Shown here one piece after another: positions 57,974 to 60,765 of a stretch of DNA of 60,765 nt. Numbering within the stretch: position 1 is the stretch's first letter; every line of letters begins with the position of its first letter. Origin of the DNA: an uncultured Ktedonobacteraceae bacterium (GTDB lineage Bacteria; Chloroflexota; Ktedonobacteria; Ktedonobacterales; Ktedonobacteraceae); the NCBI GenBank assembly GCA_964247295.1, contig CAXTTV010000003.1, positions 8,681 through 69,445 on the forward strand. Reading direction: 5' to 3'. A model generated the notes under the pieces. It worked only from the letters and a program-made list of their open reading frames with translations. It had not been told where the DNA came from and did not search any database. Both the position numbers and the translations under genes were made by a program.

Positions 57974-59302
57974 ATGCAGACCAGCAGTTCAACCATATCA
58001 CATCAGGAGCAGATCCTTGTGTTTGAGCCCGTAACCCCAGAATGCCTTGTCCAGGATCTCGCTGAGGCGCTGGAAGGGATTGAACTGCTGGAGCGGCTCG
58101 CCGTTGATCCCGATCTATCGATATCCCGGCTTCAGACCGGACTGAATAAGGTAAAGCAGCAACTGCTCTCAACGCGGCAGAAGCTGCAAACTTCTTTTGA
58201 GAAGGGGAGCTTTAATCTGGTCGAAGCCCTTTCGCAGGCTGTGGAGCAGACCGCTGAAAGGCTCGGACTGTTCAGTCGAGTCTCCATTTCCGGTGAGGAA
58301 CGCTCACTGCCTGCTAGCAGTCAGCATCTGCTGTATCGGATCACCCAGCTTGCCCTCTACAAGATCTCGCGGCACACCGGAACCCGCCGGCTACGTCTGG
58401 CCCTGACCTATGGTGTGGCAGGAATCGAGCTTGGCCTCGAAGACGACGGATTTATGCCTCAGACCGGGACAGATCTCCCTCCCTTTCTCACACCAAACAC
58501 AGAGATGTTCGGCCACCTGCATGATCTGCAACGCCATATCGAATACCTGGGCGGCACGCTAGAGATGCACAGCAACGAAGAGCAGGGAAGTGAGATTCAC
58601 GTTCAACTTCCGTATGAAATCTCTGGGGGGCCAATCGAAAACCAATTGGGGCAAGCCCTTAATCGGGTTCGCATCTTGATTGTCGACAACCAAAGCGTCA
58701 CTAGAGCCGGGTTAAGGCATCTTTTGGAGGCTTACCCAGATCTTCAAGTTATTGGAGAGGCCAGTGAGGGCACCCAGGCCGTCAGCGAGACCCTGGAACT
58801 GGGACCACAGATTGTCCTTTTAGATCTGCAACTTCCCGCTGGCCAGAGCCTGGAAGCCTTGAGGCAGATCAAGCAGCTTAACCTGGAGACGCGCATCCTG
58901 CTGCTTGTAGGCAAGGGCCAGGATGAAGCCCTCTACAACGGCGTACGCGCCGGCGCTGACGGCTATCTACTCAAAGAGAGCAGCGCCCGCGAACTGGCCG
59001 AGGGTATCCGAGCCGTCGCTCGGGGTGAAGTGCTGCTTCAGCCGCAGCTTGTGGGCCAGCTTATCTCGCGCCTGGGTCGCCCGGAAGCGCCGGGTGCGAC
59101 CCTCACCACGCGCGAACGAGAAGTTTTGCAACTGCTGGCGCGGGGATTGCGCAACAAAGAGATCGCCGGCAGCCTCTCTGTCAGTGAACGGACAGTCAAC
59201 TTCCATCTCGCCAACATCTATCAAAAGCTTCAGGTCTCGGGGCGAACCGAAGCCATTAGCAAAGCGTTAGATCAGGGCCTGATTGGGCGGCGGAACGCAT
59301 AA
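57974..59302 (+). CDS. LuxR/NarL-family response regulator fused to an N-terminal histidine-kinase-like ATPase region lacking the conserved His
   Basis: The C-terminus is REC (ILIVDN...LLDLQLP...K) plus a LuxR HTH (REREVLQLLARGLRNKEIAGSLSVSERTVNFHLANIYQKL). Residues 100-220 resemble a HisKA_3-type HATPase_c (LLYRITQLALYKISRHTG...LGLEDDGFM). No ELHD-type H-box is found. Confidence 0.7.
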   Translation: MQTSSSTISHQEQILVFEPVTPECLVQDLAEALEGIELLERLAVDPDLSISRLQTGLNKVKQQLLSTRQKLQTSFEKGSFNLVEALSQAVEQTAERLGLFSRVSISGEERSLPASSQHLLYRITQLALYKISRHTGTRRLRLALTYGVAGIELGLEDDGFMPQTGTDLPPFLTPNTEMFGHLHDLQRHIEYLGGTLEMHSNEEQGSEIHVQLPYEISGGPIENQLGQALNRVRILIVDNQSVTRAGLRHLLEAYPDLQVIGEASEGTQAVSETLELGPQIVLLDLQLPAGQSLEALRQIKQLNLETRILLLVGKGQDEALYNGVRAGADGYLLKESSARELAEGIRAVARGEVLLQPQLVGQLISRLGRPEAPGATLTTREREVLQLLARGLRNKEIAGSLSVSERTVNFHLANIYQKLQVSGRTEAISKALDQGLIGRRNA

Positions 59303-59355
59303 AAAAGCCACTTGTGGGTATACTTCACAAGTGGCCGTCTGTCTGGCTCAACCGG

Positions 59356-60327
59356 TTAATTCACCACAAGCTCGCCAGAATGCCAGATATCGAGAGAATG
59401 CTTTAGAGAATCGATATAGGCCTTCTCATCGTTATTATCTGCCTGAGGGGCGTAGGTTGGAATAATCGTCTCGAACGTCGTCTTATCTAACTGAGCAACA
59501 TAAAGATTGCGTATCAGCTTATACCACTCTTCAAAGCCAACCTCCCAGCTAGGATAATGTGAATAGCCATCAGGGCAGGGGAAATCTTTTGTACAGCGGA
59601 TATTCCCAAGAGAGAACGTCACACGGGCCTCGCCCTGGGTACCCATTGTACTCTCATGCAAAAAGAAAGCCAGCGCCACTGCTGGATCAATTTCGTATTT
59701 CACACCCAGATCGTAGAGCGTTTTACCTTTACCCGCAGCCGGCGAATGATAAGCATCGAGCACCTTATTGATAAAATCAACCGTCACCGTCGGCTTATTC
59801 AGAACCGCATAGGCACCACCTTTAGATACTGGTGGAGCATCCTTTTTTATCGGCAACGGCTTATCGCTTTTCTGCCATGTACTCACCTTATCCACCGATC
59901 CACCCACCTGAACTGAATAGGCACCGCCGCCGGAGAACGTCACAATCTGGGGAGAGTCCGAGGGGCGTTGGAAAGCGGAAGCCATCAATAAAACACTACC
60001 GCCCAATACTACGAGCAGCATACAGATCAGTAGTGGTCGTAACCAGCTTCCATGACGCTGAAACTCACGAGTCAGCTCATGCCTATCGGGGATCTCCACC
60101 ACCCGGTTCGGACGGTTACGCGCGGACTCGGAAAGCATCATTGGAGTCTCTGGTAGAACCTCCGTCACATAGGCATCGCCCAGAAAGCGAGTAGTGCGAC
60201 CGGAAGGATCGGTCTGCTGGATCTGTATACTCTCCTCCAAAGCCCTGGTGCGGCGCGCCACTGGCTCAAAAAGAGGCTCATCTGGCTCAAGGGACCTGTT
60301 TCCATATCTACCACCAGCCATAAGCAA
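59356..60327 (-). CDS. Membrane-anchored protein with extracellular glucosaminidase-like (FlgJ/LytD-type) domain
   Basis: TM LLICMLLVVLGGSVLLMASAF. PAVALAFFLHESTMGTQGEA resembles the glucosaminidase ESxxG motif. Tentative. Confidence 0.45.
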   Translation of the reverse strand: MLMAGGRYGNRSLEPDEPLFEPVARRTRALEESIQIQQTDPSGRTTRFLGDAYVTEVLPETPMMLSESARNRPNRVVEIPDRHELTREFQRHGSWLRPLLICMLLVVLGGSVLLMASAFQRPSDSPQIVTFSGGGAYSVQVGGSVDKVSTWQKSDKPLPIKKDAPPVSKGGAYAVLNKPTVTVDFINKVLDAYHSPAAGKGKTLYDLGVKYEIDPAVALAFFLHESTMGTQGEARVTFSLGNIRCTKDFPCPDGYSHYPSWEVGFEEWYKLIRNLYVAQLDKTTFETIIPTYAPQADNNDEKAYIDSLKHSLDIWHSGELVVN

Positions 60328-60765
60328 CCTCCTTTAGTATAAGCATATATGTCACCTTTTAGACCCTCCCAGCAATCCTGATTGGGCGAGGAAACTGCGT
60401 AATGGCTAACACCTGAGATCTCTCCTATCAGCAATAATCTCTACCAGTCATATACGTATTACGAACGATACATCAAAAAGGTGCAAATTTGTAGGCCGTT
60501 AAAGCTGTAGTACAGAAGGCCGGACACAATCCAGATGTTCTTTTCTTTTTCCCGCCTTTTAGAGAAACAGCATCCTGATATATAGAAACATACCAGATCA
60601 CTTAATAATGATGGTAGCATCTAGTGAGCTCAAGTGTCAAACATACTTATATTTAACTGAACAGTAGAAACTCTGTTTTTCCTCACTTTTGAAGAGTCTA
60701 ATTTATAAATTCACTAAGATTGCACTTTTCCAACCGAAACGATCTAGGCAGAGAGCAAGGCACAG

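Overview
This is a 60.8-kb chromosomal segment at about 55% GC, with dense housekeeping and metabolic genes on both strands. The gene content (several zinc-ribbon/TM/Ig-like-repeat surface proteins, an XRE-STAND NTPase, an ANTAR regulator, RicT) suggests a Chloroflexota-like, possibly Ktedonobacteria-type, organism; that placement is inference.

Readable content:
- A leucine/isovalerate catabolic cluster (907-6537): methylcrotonyl-CoA carboxylase beta subunit, an acyl-CoA dehydrogenase, the carboxylase alpha subunit and a DECR/PECR-like SDR.
- An amidase, proline dehydrogenase, NlpC/P60 peptidase and a gamma-carbonic-anhydrase-like protein.
- A membrane-anchored pseudokinase.
- An orphan ModC-like ABC ATPase with a divergent HxlR regulator, a HIT protein and an aldehyde dehydrogenase.
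- An SPFH protein, RicT (with a Cys/Gly-repeat tail) and an ANTAR response regulator.
- A DAHP synthase preceded by an apparent aromatic-codon leader peptide and intrinsic terminator.
- GlcG/HbpS-like, lipoate-protein-ligase-like and Tgt genes.
- Two tandem RelA/SpoT homologues, the second with a degenerate hydrolase site.
- rpoD, DedA, dut and a J-domain protein.
- A TerC-family gene with a structured leader, CcsA, and an acyl-CoA ligase / RAM domain / OXC-HACL-like ThDP enzyme cluster.
- Endonuclease IV, ScpB, ClpB, and a His-less histidine-kinase-like/REC/LuxR fusion.

Three paralogous surface proteins with an N-terminal zinc ribbon, one TM helix and extracellular BACON/Ig-like repeats are scattered through the window. 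A partial HTH-XRE/STAND NTPase gene runs off the 5' edge and is not in the supplied ORF track. No CRISPR array, rRNA, tRNA or obvious mobile element was recognised.
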